A stretch of 64,000 nucleotides of DNA, from IMG/VR virus record IMGVR_UViG_2585427681_000002, positions 1,362 to 65,361 of that record. One strand, written 5' to 3'. Position numbers and translations under genes: made by a program. This DNA comes from a virus. Its lineage: Duplodnaviria > Caudoviricetes. The notes under the pieces were generated by a model. It searched no databases, was not told where the DNA came from, and was given only the letters and a program-made list of their open reading frames with translations. Below are positions 53,501 to 62,008 of the stretch, one piece after another (the first letter of the stretch is position 1; each line of letters opens with the position of its first letter).

Positions 53501-54603
53501 AGTCGCGCACGCGCACGACACAGAACGATGCTATGGCTCTTCGGGTTACTACCGTCGAAGCGAGCGTTGCTGACAACTCGGGGCGTGTACGCGCACTGGA
53601 ACAAACTGTCGTCACGAACGAGCAGGCGGCAGCGTGGCGCCTGATTGACGTGAGCACGAAGGTCGGTAGCAACACGTCAAGCATCGCAACCCTTGAGAAG
53701 GCTGTCACTGACAACGAGTCATCCACTGCATCGCGATTGCAGACCGTCAACTCCCGAGTAGACACGACGAATTTGGCACTCGACAGCGAGAGGGCCGACC
53801 GTGCTGATGCTGTCGCCGGGGAGCGTGCTGCGCGCGAGGCATCGATCAGTGACGAGGCCGCGACTCGTGCGGATGCTGACCAGGCGCTCGGCACACGTAT
53901 CGGGCACATGGAAGCGTCGTTCACAGTGCCGCAGGGCGAGCGTGATGACGATGGTGAGGGAGAGCTGGCAGGGGCGCTGAAGGGCTGGGAAAACACTGCG
54001 AAGATTGCGGACGAGTCGAGGGTTCGCGCATCGGCAATCGATGTTCAGGCGCGACGCTCAGAGACGCTCGAAGTGTCCTTCAACTCCGCATTGGACAAAA
54101 CCAACGGTGAGGTGCTGAAGACCAATGCGTCGGTGCAGGTTACGAGTCAGGCCGTGGCCGCACTTGATAACAAAGCCAGCACTATGTGGGCGGTCAAGAT
54201 GCAGATCAATGCTCAGGGCCAGTTCGTTGCCGCCGGCATTGGCCTCGGCATCGAGAACGGGCCTGCCGGATTGCAGAGTCAGTTCCTTGTGCAGGCAGAT
54301 CGGTTCGCTGTGGTGAATGGCATTGATGGCGTGCTTGCCTCTCCCTTCGCGGTTCAAGGCGGTCAAGTGTTCATGAACCAGGCATTCATCGCCGACGGCA
54401 CGATCACAAACGCCAAGATCGGCAGCTACATCAGCTCGACGAATTACGTCGCTGGCCAGCTTGGCTGGATTCTTTCGAAGGATGGGACATTCGAAATCAA
54501 TGGTGCCATCGCAGGGCAGGGGCGCTTGCTGATCAACAATCAGCGTCTGCGCATCTTTCATGCGAATGGCAATCTGGCGATCGACTTGGGAATCAGCGTA
54601 TGA
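50533..54603 (+). CDS. Central tail tip / host specificity protein (lambda J-like)
   Basis: GAKGG start, LRYPNTA, FN3-like region, coiled coil, C-terminal FLVQADRFA..FMNQAFI. Confidence 0.95.
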   Translation: MGAALQLEIAGAKGGESKPKSPVEAPDSLQSTNIAKMLIAVGEGEFEGTPTDRDIYLDNTPIVDSSGNVNFPGVKWEWRRGSVEQDYIQGIPAIESETTTNVELRSDNPFVRSLSNTQLSAVRVRFSWSRLAQQDSSGNTNGYRIEYAIDVATDGGSYAEAHRGAVDGKTTSGYQRSVRVDLPAATSGWMFRVRRLTPNANSGTIADTMTVAGYTEIIDQKLRYPNTALLYIEFDAQQFQNIPAVTVDCRARRWPVPANYDPETRTYTGIWDGTFKQAWTNNPVWATYGLCVEDRFGLGKRIQPWMVDKWEMYRIAQYCDQLVPNGVGGMEPRYLCDINLQGRTEAWTLLRDLSAIYRGMTYWAQGQLFMQADMPRAQDIDYVFTRANVIDGDFVYGGAERTTHYSRALVSYDNPANNYDTDVIPVTDLVLQRRYRDRPIEISAIGCTRASEAQRRGKWALISNNQDRTVTFKTGLEGANVLPGYVIPVADELVAGRPNGGRISAAAGRVVTLDRDTPIKAGDRLIVNLPNGTAQGRTVESVVGRAVTVTTAYALQPEPQLQWAIDYEDLAVQLFRVLKRTRTTEGQFEFTALEFNPSKFAAIDTGAKLDERPISVIPITTVPPPASVSLTSDYAVDQGIAVSTMTVSWPAVDGAVAYDVEWRKGSGNWIRLQRTGGTSVDVAGIYAGAYLVRVRAVSAFDITSIWRSSMLTELKGKEGLPPAVTSLTATPLIFGISLKWGIPPGAEDTQRTEIWYSQSNSLESATKLTDLAYPQSEHVMQGLGAGVAFFFWARLVDRTGNIGPWYPLESGVLGQSGSNAGPILELISGQITESELGQELLTEIEKISGDFPGSVTDRINDAKQELEDLITELTDPLEYVATDAYVMNDAVRSGRRLYMAITDVPAAADGSNAPPNPGYWVDIGSIAETANGLAQAVAKNTTDIESIDGVVTATAEMLQAVQSAYRDDDGEGALSDAWRGWDTLAKVSQESRTRTTQNDAMALRVTTVEASVADNSGRVRALEQTVVTNEQAAAWRLIDVSTKVGSNTSSIATLEKAVTDNESSTASRLQTVNSRVDTTNLALDSERADRADAVAGERAAREASISDEAATRADADQALGTRIGHMEASFTVPQGERDDDGEGELAGALKGWENTAKIADESRVRASAIDVQARRSETLEVSFNSALDKTNGEVLKTNASVQVTSQAVAALDNKASTMWAVKMQINAQGQFVAAGIGLGIENGPAGLQSQFLVQADRFAVVNGIDGVLASPFAVQGGQVFMNQAFIADGTITNAKIGSYISSTNYVAGQLGWILSKDGTFEINGAIAGQGRLLINNQRLRIFHANGNLAIDLGISV

Positions 54604-54914
54604 GCACAGGCCTCAAGGTCTACGACCCGAACGGCCTGACGCTACTGGACATGACCAGCAGTGTCAGTCAAATGATCGGGTACGTGGACACTGGAGCTGG
54701 CAACGGGTCGCTCTCGATCCCCCTGGCGCCGGCTGGCAAGACGCTGTTCTACGCCATCACCGAGCTATCGGCACAAAACAAGTACCTGGGCAAACGCCCG
54801 GGGGTGACCCTCACCGTCGGAGCTTCAGTTGCGACCCTGTCCTGGCAGTACTCCTACGCCGGCGGCTGGGGCTTCTACTCGCTCAACTGTCGAATCCACT
54901 ATGGATACTACTGA
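54600..54914 (+). CDS. Minor tail protein after J
   Basis: GLKVYDPNG.TLLD; coupled. Confidence 0.75.
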   Translation: MSTGLKVYDPNGLTLLDMTSSVSQMIGYVDTGAGNGSLSIPLAPAGKTLFYAITELSAQNKYLGKRPGVTLTVGASVATLSWQYSYAGGWGFYSLNCRIHYGYY

Positions 54915-55798
54915 TGTCGGCTGCTCTCAAGGTATATAAGGAAGACGGCTCTCTCTTATTTGATACGGAAAAAATCACATACGGCTTATTAAAAAGCGGT
55001 TACCTGATTTATCAATTAAGTTGGCCGAGGCTCAGCTATCGTTCAGCACAACTTCCGCCGAATGATCCAGGCAGTTATGCAGAATCATCAACAGTAGATG
55101 CGATTCACGGTTTCAGCGTTGCCGGTGCGGTTGCGCCGATTGTCTTCATTTCAGGTTCTGGCATTTCCTGCGGCTCATCAAAAGAAGGCGATATAACGAC
55201 CTTCTATTTTATTGGTGCAAGCCCATCAACAAAGTACTTCTATTTCGATACGATGCGAAATGTTCTAAGCGGTGCCGGACTGAAGTGTTACAGCGAGTCG
55301 GGGAGTCTTACATTCAACTCCCTGCAGTGCCCTTTGAATATTGTTGCGAGGGTCGCTGCACCGCCGCCGCCACCGCCGAACATCATCGGTGGGTATGCGA
55401 GCTACGTGGTTCCTTTTGCAGGGGCTACGAGGTTAGCTACACGCTTCATTGATTCTGGCCTCTACTATTGCGTTTCGCGAGTATTCATCCCTGTCGGAAT
55501 GGGCGAGTTCGCAACCTCAACAACATTTTCGAGAAGTTTCGGACAAGGCTTCATGGGCTCCATGAGTGTGCCTGGCCCCGGGGTGTTTCCGGCGGGAGCC
55601 ATGCAGCAGGCGCATATGGACGGCGCATACGGTGCCAGCGGTGGAATTTATTTCATGTCGTGCGACGCAGCGCGAACAACGATGTTCTGGGGAACGCAAG
55701 CACCTTACATGTCTAATAGCTACTTCAATATCCCGACTGATAAGTATCCAGAAGCTCTAGTTATCAGAGTCGATAATCTACCATTCCCATTCAACTAA
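54914..55798 (+). CDS. Minor tail protein after J
   Basis: ALKVYKEDGSLLFD; coupled; lower GC. Confidence 0.75.
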   Translation: MSAALKVYKEDGSLLFDTEKITYGLLKSGYLIYQLSWPRLSYRSAQLPPNDPGSYAESSTVDAIHGFSVAGAVAPIVFISGSGISCGSSKEGDITTFYFIGASPSTKYFYFDTMRNVLSGAGLKCYSESGSLTFNSLQCPLNIVARVAAPPPPPPNIIGGYASYVVPFAGATRLATRFIDSGLYYCVSRVFIPVGMGEFATSTTFSRSFGQGFMGSMSVPGPGVFPAGAMQQAHMDGAYGASGGIYFMSCDAARTTMFWGTQAPYMSNSYFNIPTDKYPEALVIRVDNLPFPFN

Positions 55799-55809
55799 AG
55801 GACCATGCT

Positions 55810-56607
55810 ATGGCTTGGTATCGAGCAAATAGCGTCTCAGCAACAAACGGGTCTGTGACAATCACGGGCGCCAATACGAATTTTTCTGCAAACGCGCGGG
55901 TCGGTGATGCCTTTCTTGGTCCCGATGGGCGCTGGTATGAAGTAACCAACATTGCAAGCGCAACAGTGCTTTCGATTCTCCCCGCATATCTTGGTGCCAC
56001 TACTTCGGGCGGCTCCTATGCAATCGCGCCGGTGCAAGGGTATACGAAGACGCTCGCAGACAAATTCAGCGACATTGCAAATCAGTGGGGCTCGACCCTT
56101 GCCGGACTCGGCTCCGTTTCGACAGAGAACGTTGTGCCGATCGCCAAAGGCGGGACCGGTGGCACGAGCCAGGCTTCAGCTCGCACTGGACTCGGCTTGA
56201 AGACTGCCGCGACGGCTGACATCGTCGGCACTGTGAGCATGAATAGTGGGGTCCCGGCAGGGGCAGTCTTCGAGCGCGGCAGCAATGCGAACGGCGACTA
56301 TGTCAAATTCGCCGACGGCTCGATGATCTGTTTTCTGAACATCAGTGTGACAGATCAAGCGATCAACTCGCAGTACACGGCAGGCGTGTATCAGGGGACT
56401 CGGGCGTGGTTCTACCCAGTGTCGTTTGCGGTGCCCCCGACGGTGACCCCCGGAGCGTTTACGTGGGCTGGCGCAGCGAACTGGTCGGGGCTTGCTTCAG
56501 TACCGAGCACGGTCTCCGTTTTGTTGCGTGGGTTCGATGCTGTTGCGCGTGCCGCAGGGACCCCAGTACAGATTTCCGCAGTCGCGGTCGGGAGGTGGGC
56601 AGCATGA
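55810..56607 (+). CDS. Side tail fibre
   Basis: MAWYRANSVS anchor; ERGSNANGDYVKFADG; C-terminal AVGRW. Confidence 0.85.
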   Translation: MAWYRANSVSATNGSVTITGANTNFSANARVGDAFLGPDGRWYEVTNIASATVLSILPAYLGATTSGGSYAIAPVQGYTKTLADKFSDIANQWGSTLAGLGSVSTENVVPIAKGGTGGTSQASARTGLGLKTAATADIVGTVSMNSGVPAGAVFERGSNANGDYVKFADGSMICFLNISVTDQAINSQYTAGVYQGTRAWFYPVSFAVPPTVTPGAFTWAGAANWSGLASVPSTVSVLLRGFDAVARAAGTPVQISAVAVGRWAA

Positions 56608-57200
56608 TCATCAAGCTTTCTCCGGTGCGCTCCGACGCATCGCTTTCTGTCGTCCGAGCGGGCGACACACTCGAAATCAACGGCATCGTATTCGACTTCT
56701 CCCGGCTCCCTGACGGCGCAACGCTGCCGGCCGCCGCCGTGGGAAGCACTGAGGTTCTCGACCCGATCGAGCGGGTGAGCGGAAAAATCGTGGTCACGAT
56801 CCGACTGCCACACGCTGCTGACGCCGATCGATCGTCTCGCTTCCCGGCCGACATCATCGACCCCATGGACGGTCAGGTGCGACTGCCGGGAATTGAGCTC
56901 AGCGGCGCGCAGCCGTCAGTGGCGGGCGTGATCGACTGGTCGCAAGTCGTCACGGCCGAGCAGAAGACCCAGGCCGCTGCCGAGCAGTTGCTCTCCATTG
57001 CCGCCGCCGAGATCACGCAGCGGCGTGGGATTGCAGACGCGGCGATCGTGCCGCTGCAGGATGCTATCGACCTCGACGAAGCGACCGAAGCCGAGCTCGC
57101 GCTGCTGAAAGAGTGGAAACGCTACCGCGTTGCACTCAACCGCTTGCCTGAACAGCCTGGCTATCCCGCGACGATCGACTGGCCCGTGCCTCCGACCTGA
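56604..57200 (+). CDS. Tail fibre assembly chaperone
   Basis: LQDAIDLDEAT...WKRYRVALNR..IDWP. Confidence 0.88.
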   Translation: MIIKLSPVRSDASLSVVRAGDTLEINGIVFDFSRLPDGATLPAAAVGSTEVLDPIERVSGKIVVTIRLPHAADADRSSRFPADIIDPMDGQVRLPGIELSGAQPSVAGVIDWSQVVTAEQKTQAAAEQLLSIAAAEITQRRGIADAAIVPLQDAIDLDEATEAELALLKEWKRYRVALNRLPEQPGYPATIDWPVPPT

Positions 57201-57258
57201 TCCGCACCGAACCCACCGACCGCCGCCTGGCGGTATTTTTTTGCCTGGAGAAAACCCG

Positions 57259-57690
57259 ATGCGTACATCGCAACGCGGCTTGAGCCTGATCAAGTCGTTC
57301 GAAGGCCTGCGCCTGCAGGCGTACCAAGATTCCGCTGGCGTCTGGACGATCGGCTACGGGGCGACCCGTGGCGTGAAGGCCGGCATGTCGATCACCAGAG
57401 AGCAGGCTGAGCGCATGCTGCTGAACGACGTGCAGCGCTTCGAGCCGGAAGTGCAGCGCCTGGTCACGGTGCCGCTGAGCAGCAACCAGTGGGACGCCCT
57501 GATCTGCTTTACCTACAACCTGGGCTCCGCGAATCTGGAGTCTTCGACGCTCCGTCGACTGCTCAACGATGGTGACTATACCGGTGCCGCCGAGCAGTTC
57601 CCGCGCTGGAACAAGGCCTCCGGCAAGGTTCTGCCGGGCCTAGTGCGGCGCCGTGCTGCCGAGCGCGAGTTGTTCCTGGAGGCAGCATGA
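57259..57690 (+). CDS. Endolysin (GH24 lysozyme)
   Basis: FEGLRLQAYQDSAGVWTIGYGAT (E..D..T triad). Confidence 0.95.
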   Translation: MRTSQRGLSLIKSFEGLRLQAYQDSAGVWTIGYGATRGVKAGMSITREQAERMLLNDVQRFEPEVQRLVTVPLSSNQWDALICFTYNLGSANLESSTLRRLLNDGDYTGAAEQFPRWNKASGKVLPGLVRRRAAERELFLEAA

Positions 57691-58211
57691 TCACCGGACG
57701 AACCGCTGCAGCTGCGGTCACGCTGCTAGCCGTGTTGGCCTCGTACTGGGGCGTCTACGAACACGGCCGCCGGGTCGAGCGCGCCGACGCCCTGGCGGCA
57801 TCGGCCAAGCGAGACAGTGGTGATCGACTGTCGGAGGTGATTGGCGAACGCAGCGCCAGGCAGGAAGAACAACGACGCGCGAAGGCGCAGGAGGAGGCGA
57901 GAGCCCATGCACACGAACAACAACAGGTGGCTGCTGCTGGCGCTGCTGCAGCTGACGCTGCTGGCCAGCGGCTGCAGCACGACGCCGCCCAGCTCGCCGC
58001 CTCCGTCAGCTGCCCCGGCCCGGATACCGCCGCTGTCGCCCGAGGCGCATCAGCCACCCGCGCCGCCATGGTGCTCTCCGACCTGCTCGACCGGTCTGTC
58101 GCAACAAATCGAGAGCTGGCGAAAGCGTATGACGCGGCCCGAATAGCGGGACTTGCGTGCGAAGCCAGCTACGACTCGCTGGGTAGCGGGGAGATCAGCT
58201 CAGCGCCTTGA
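57687..58211 (+). CDS. Rz-like inner-membrane spanin
   Basis: N-terminal TM plus coiled coil after the endolysin. Confidence 0.85.
   Translation: MITGRTAAAAVTLLAVLASYWGVYEHGRRVERADALAASAKRDSGDRLSEVIGERSARQEEQRRAKAQEEARAHAHEQQQVAAAGAAAADAAGQRLQHDAAQLAASVSCPGPDTAAVARGASATRAAMVLSDLLDRSVATNRELAKAYDAARIAGLACEASYDSLGSGEISSAP
57907..58146 (+). CDS. Embedded Rz1-like outer-membrane spanin
   Basis: +1 frame inside Rz; lipobox LASGC; Pro-rich. Confidence 0.8.
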   Translation: MHTNNNRWLLLALLQLTLLASGCSTTPPSSPPPSAAPARIPPLSPEAHQPPAPPWCSPTCSTGLSQQIESWRKRMTRPE

Positions 58212-58843
58212 TTGCGCACGTTTCCGACAGCCGTGCTGACGCGATACCACTCGAAGGCATCGGGACCTTCGCCGAGGTTGAGCGCCAGTTGCTCGGCCTG
58301 TTCTTTTGGAAGAGCAGAATCAAGCCACTGCCGTGCCAGCCCGGACGAGAGAACAACTGGGCGCCGGTCGTGCACATCAACCATGCCGCCTTTGGCATCG
58401 GCGGTGATGATCACGAACCCGTCGTGCTCGCTGCCCGCGTATTGGCCGATGGCGGCGCACAGTGAGGGTTGGCCGTCCCGGCGCCGGATGTAGTAGGGCT
58501 GCTTCTTCTGTCCGCCATCGGCCACCCACTCATACCACCCATCGACCGGAACAATCGCTCGATGAGGCCAGATCGCGCGGAAGAATGCCCCGTGTGCCAC
58601 CTTCTCGACGCGCGCATTAATTGGCGCGGCTCGATCAGTTGCCCAGTGCGGGCGCCAACCCCACTTCACCATATCGACCAGTAGCCCGCCATCATCGACA
58701 CGAAGCAGTGCAACCGGCGTGCTCGGTGCAACGTTGTAGCCCTCCAGTTGCTGGTCGCCGACGTTATTCTGCAGGGCGCCGGGCATACTGAGTGCAGCGA
58801 CGAAGTCGTGTATCCCACGGTACTGCGCCAGTCTTCCGCACAT
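58169..58843 (-). CDS. SOS response-associated peptidase (SRAP/YedK family)
   Basis: MCGR N-terminus, YNVAPS, INARVE, GWYEW, HDRRP. Confidence 0.93.
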   Translation of the reverse strand: MCGRLAQYRGIHDFVAALSMPGALQNNVGDQQLEGYNVAPSTPVALLRVDDGGLLVDMVKWGWRPHWATDRAAPINARVEKVAHGAFFRAIWPHRAIVPVDGWYEWVADGGQKKQPYYIRRRDGQPSLCAAIGQYAGSEHDGFVIITADAKGGMVDVHDRRPVVLSSGLARQWLDSALPKEQAEQLALNLGEGPDAFEWYRVSTAVGNVRNQGAELISPLPSES

Positions 58844-58871
58844 GTGAAATACCTCCGACAGAATTGTCAGC

Positions 58872-59204
58872 TTAGCGCCTGCTCATGGCATCAAGCTGCC
58901 TTTCCAGGCTTCTGACCCTTGCGTTCTGTTCCAGCAATCGCTTTTCAAGGCGCTCGTTTTCCTCGCGGAAGTCGATGAGAAGGTTCTCGGCTTTGGCGTT
59001 GGCTCTGATCGCTGCATCGCGCCGCCTCTCTGCGTTGTCCAGCATGTGCACAAGACGTTCGATGTCTGCGCGCGCCTTGGTGAGAGCATCAGCGGTCTGC
59101 TCATATTCGGCCTGCATGAGCAGGTTCTGCTGCTCGAGCATTTCAATGCGTGTTGGCATTCCGAGTTCGAAGCCGGTGGTGTCGATGTCGCGGTTGTCGC
59201 TCAT
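58872..59204 (-). CDS. Coiled-coil protein upstream of SRAP (alternative start 59216)
   Basis: Heptad pattern; follows a LexA box. Confidence 0.7.
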   Translation of the reverse strand: MSDNRDIDTTGFELGMPTRIEMLEQQNLLMQAEYEQTADALTKARADIERLVHMLDNAERRRDAAIRANAKAENLLIDFREENERLEKRLLEQNARVRSLERQLDAMSRR

Positions 59205-59219
59205 GGTTCTGCTCATTAT

Positions 59220-59235
59220 CTGTATGTGTATACAG
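59220..59235. promoter_or_regulatory. LexA (SOS) box
   Basis: CTGTATGTGTATACAG, near consensus. Confidence 0.9.
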
Positions 59236-59553
59236 TATTTCTATGCACAGAAGACGGCCAGCTCCAAGCGACGAGGTGTAGTTGTGGAGGGGGGGGTATC
59301 CTGGTCGGCAGAACGCCGGGGGAGGGAGGCGATTAAGGAGATAGCGCGGCGCCTATGCATAATCGGCATGAGTCTTCATAGGGAGTGGCCGGACCATTTC
59401 CCGAACCAAGTAGTGCGTATCAGTGGGTAGTCAGAAGGGATTATGCCCAGCAAAATCAACACATCCCCACCCGCTAAACCCCATGACAAAGCGCATGGTG
59501 ATGTTAGCGGTAGAAATCAAAGTGCTTGTCCTGCGGGGGTTCCAGAGGTGTAT

Positions 59554-59862
59554 TTAGGCCCTCTCGTCCGTTTTGGGCCAATTTTGGGCCAATTCGACTC
59601 GGGGCGGCAGCTTCTCCAGCTCCCTCCAATCCGAGGAGGAGCTGATCCATTTCGCGTAGGTAGAGAGCAACATCTCCACGCTGTGGCCAGGCTGATTCGC
59701 GATGAACGTGGGGTTCATCCCAGCCATGAGGCACATGGTTGCGTAGGTGTGGCGGGTGTCGTACTGCCGGCGTTCACGGATGTTCAGCGCCTTGGGCGCC
59801 GATTTTAAGGGGCGGATTGTAACACTTGGCTCGTTGATCCACAGCCCACCTTTGCCCGGTTG
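59554..59862 (-). pseudogene. 3' fragment of a tyrosine integrase
   Basis: YDTRHTYATMCL (HxxR variant)...GHSVEMLLSTYAKW (His/Tyr); N-terminal part missing. Confidence 0.88.
59571..59592. repeat. Tandem 11-bp repeat, candidate integrase arm-type sites
   Basis: TTTTGGGCCAA x2 at the integrase 3' end. Confidence 0.65.
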
Positions 59863-59975
59863 GAGTGCCCAGCCTGGATACCGCTGGACTGCGACAGCCA
59901 CGAACGTTTCCAGCTCATGATGCCCCTTGCTCATGACGAGTAGGTGTCTTCACCAACGCTCTGCACGTCGGTCGG
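59863..59975 (-). pseudogene. Frameshifted fragment homologous to 2574-2867
   Basis: DVQSVGEDTY/VMSKGHHELE with a 1-nt deletion; fused to the integrase fragment. Confidence 0.8.
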
Positions 59976-60042
59976 GCGCTGTTTTGCAGGCATGCGGATT
60001 CCTTGGCCGGGGCGGGGACGGTGGAAGACGACTATTAGGTGC

Positions 60043-60362
60043 TAGTGTGGTGTTTCGCAAGTAACACTCATATTTTTCAGCCTAGCGCCTCAGCTGCACG
60101 ACCGACGCTCGCCAAGATGTCATCGGCCTTTCGGTTCCAGTGAAAGGGGCGAGGGTTGGCGATGTGAGTGGACAGGTAGTACTCAATAGACTCCTCCAGA
60201 TCCTTCACGCTGGTATGTGCCTGACGCTTGATCCACTTCTCGCTCCGTGTCGAGAAGAAGCGCTCCACCAGATTCAACCAGGATGCCGAAGTAGGTGTGA
60301 AATGCACCTGGTAGCGCGGATGCGCTGCCAACCACGCTTTCACTTTGTCGGTCTAATGCGTC
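60043..60362 (-). mobile_element. IS630-family remnant (transposase C-terminus and right end)
   Basis: TH*TDKVKAWL...HFTPTSASWLNLVERFF; CTAG at the end. Confidence 0.85.
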
Positions 60363-60455
60363 GGCATTCCAGGGTGCGCCTGGTGCAGTCGAGCAGGTCA
60401 GCCATTCGTTGTTCGGTAACCTTGTCGACGTCACTGTGTGCTGGTCGGTTTCCAT
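60363..60455 (-). pseudogene. Frameshifted 5' part of an excisionase-like HTH gene
   Basis: METDQH then, in a shifted frame, SDVDKVTEQRMADLLDCTRRTLECRR; a homologous ATGGAA start lies at window position 6. Confidence 0.6.
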
Positions 60456-60544
60456 GGGGGATATCTACGCCGCTGGTGGTGGCTGTTATGGATAACTGTC
60501 TTTCAGATGAGTAACCTGATGCCTTTTGCTATCAGGCTAGGGAA

Positions 60545-61054
60545 ATGCGAAAAATGCTTGGGATGTTCAGGGTGCTTGTAGTCGTGGTGCTGGGCCTGAT
60601 TGCAGTAGGCTGCAAAAGCCAGCAGGTTGGTTACGAACCGAGTGGCTTGAGCTTCAACGACCGCGCTCAGGCGATTGAAGTAATTGAGCAGGGTTTTTTT
60701 GAGGACTACAGTAAAAAGGCAAGGCCGCAGTCTGTTCTAGTCACAGATAAGGTAATTATCTTGTCCGATGGCATCATTTCTGAGGGAGCCGCATTCGGTT
60801 CTGCTGTTCCTATCGGCGCTGGTGCACTTGCTGTAGGAAGCAGCAAAACCGTCACTCGGGACGCCGCTCGACGTATATATCTGAACTCGATTGGCTCCAT
60901 TCCCATTTTCAAAAGCCGTACCAGAAGTAGCCGATATGCTGTGATCATTCGTGGCCAAGATGGTCAAGAGCTCGGTTCGATCAGAACAACTAGTCTTGAA
61001 AGAGCGAAACGGTTTGCTGATGCGGTTGTGTTTGTGAAGTCTTCGAGGCAATAG
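60545..61054 (+). CDS. Lipoprotein, paralog of 105-608
   Basis: Lipobox AVGC; colinear similarity over the full length. Confidence 0.85.
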   Translation: MRKMLGMFRVLVVVVLGLIAVGCKSQQVGYEPSGLSFNDRAQAIEVIEQGFFEDYSKKARPQSVLVTDKVIILSDGIISEGAAFGSAVPIGAGALAVGSSKTVTRDAARRIYLNSIGSIPIFKSRTRSSRYAVIIRGQDGQELGSIRTTSLERAKRFADAVVFVKSSRQ

Positions 61055-61236
61055 CTCTGCATGTCAGCGGGTTTGGGTTGTGAGGGGGTAGGCCTAACAA
61101 TAAAACATTGACGTCAAAGAATACGGCTTGATAATACTTGGCAGAATATCTATATATTTGCTCAACCTAAATGACACGGATGTTGAGTATGTTCATTTCA
61201 AGTTATTCTCTGCTCCAGGTGCTCCGGGCTGGTCCC

Positions 61237-61836
61237 ATGAAGAGGCTGGGCATGGCAGTGACCGGCAGTCTGCTGATCTCAGGTCTTGTTGCCTGCTCAG
61301 GTGATCAGCAGGTGCACCGCGTAGATAGGTCTTCATCGGATACATTTTTCCTCAGTGAAATCAAGACCGGAGGCACACCCGCTAAGCTCGCTGACGACAA
61401 TCGAAAGCTCCTTGAAGACAAGCTCAATGAAGTACTGGAGTTCTGTCTTCCACGTCTTTCGGGGTTTGAAAAGCAATCGGCAGCGCAAGCCAGGCAAGCG
61501 TATTGGTTGTCTATGAGCGGGCTGGTCGCGGGCTCCGTTTTTGTGCCTGTACTTGCTGCTGCAAGTCCGACTAGCAACGCAGCTGCAATCGCCGGACTTG
61601 GAGGCTGGGCAGGGGCTACCAATTTCGCCGGAGAATCACTCAAGACATCCGGCCTCAGCGGAACTACCATCGCCGAGACGCGAAATAAAATGATTCGGAA
61701 GGTTGAGAGCGCAATTGCAGTGGCGACTGATGGTCGTAAATCATTTGATCAGCGTCGTGACGCATTGATGGATGCCAGGACCGCTTGCATCATCTATGAG
61801 ATTGCTGTGCCTACTGTTTCTCAGGAGAAGAAATGA
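61237..61836 (+). CDS. Lipoprotein/membrane protein of unknown function
   Basis: MKRLGMAVTGSLLISGLVAC lipobox; two internal hydrophobic helices. Confidence 0.7.
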   Translation: MKRLGMAVTGSLLISGLVACSGDQQVHRVDRSSSDTFFLSEIKTGGTPAKLADDNRKLLEDKLNEVLEFCLPRLSGFEKQSAAQARQAYWLSMSGLVAGSVFVPVLAAASPTSNAAAIAGLGGWAGATNFAGESLKTSGLSGTTIAETRNKMIRKVESAIAVATDGRKSFDQRRDALMDARTACIIYEIAVPTVSQEKK

Positions 61837-61889
61837 TGGTTGCACACCACTGTCTTTACTTCATTGTCGAGGCGGATCACAGCTGACGC

Positions 61890-61970
61890 ATCGTGACGTT
61901 CTACAACCAGGACCGACTGCGCTCGACCCTGGGCTATCTGCCGCCCAACCAGTACGAGCGGCAGATAGCC
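61890..61970 (+). mobile_element. IS3-family transposase 3' scrap containing a 13-bp perfect hairpin
   Basis: IVTFYNQDRLRSTLGYLPPNQYE; GGCTATCTGCCGC/GCGGCAGATAGCC at 61932-61970. Confidence 0.7.
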
Positions 61971-62008
61971 TGCGTACGTCAAGCTCCTCAGCTGGTCGGC
62001 CTGAACCC

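Larger units (their letters stand above)
1..59500. mobile_element. Lambdoid (siphovirus) prophage; left end with int/xis lies outside the window, right end approximate
   Basis: Complete ordered modules: recombination, cI/cro, replication, nin, Q, terminase-portal-capsid, lambda-like tail, lysis, SRAP. The att core was not identified. Confidence 0.93.

Noticed and set aside
50533-57200. A third VR in J or the side fibre
   Set aside because: No match to the invariant TR 3' end (GAGCGTCTCGTGCGCCCCGTCCGCAG) was seen by eye. A BLASTn of TR against the window and genome would be decisive.
59289-59296. G homopolymers (G8 here, G7 at 13195-13201 and 16371-16377) as phase-variation tracts
   Set aside because: Short, intergenic and not shown to lie between promoter elements; insufficient evidence without read-level length variation.
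59240-59570. Exact attR core or a target tRNA
   Set aside because: No tRNA fold is visible, and the matching left copy is outside the window.
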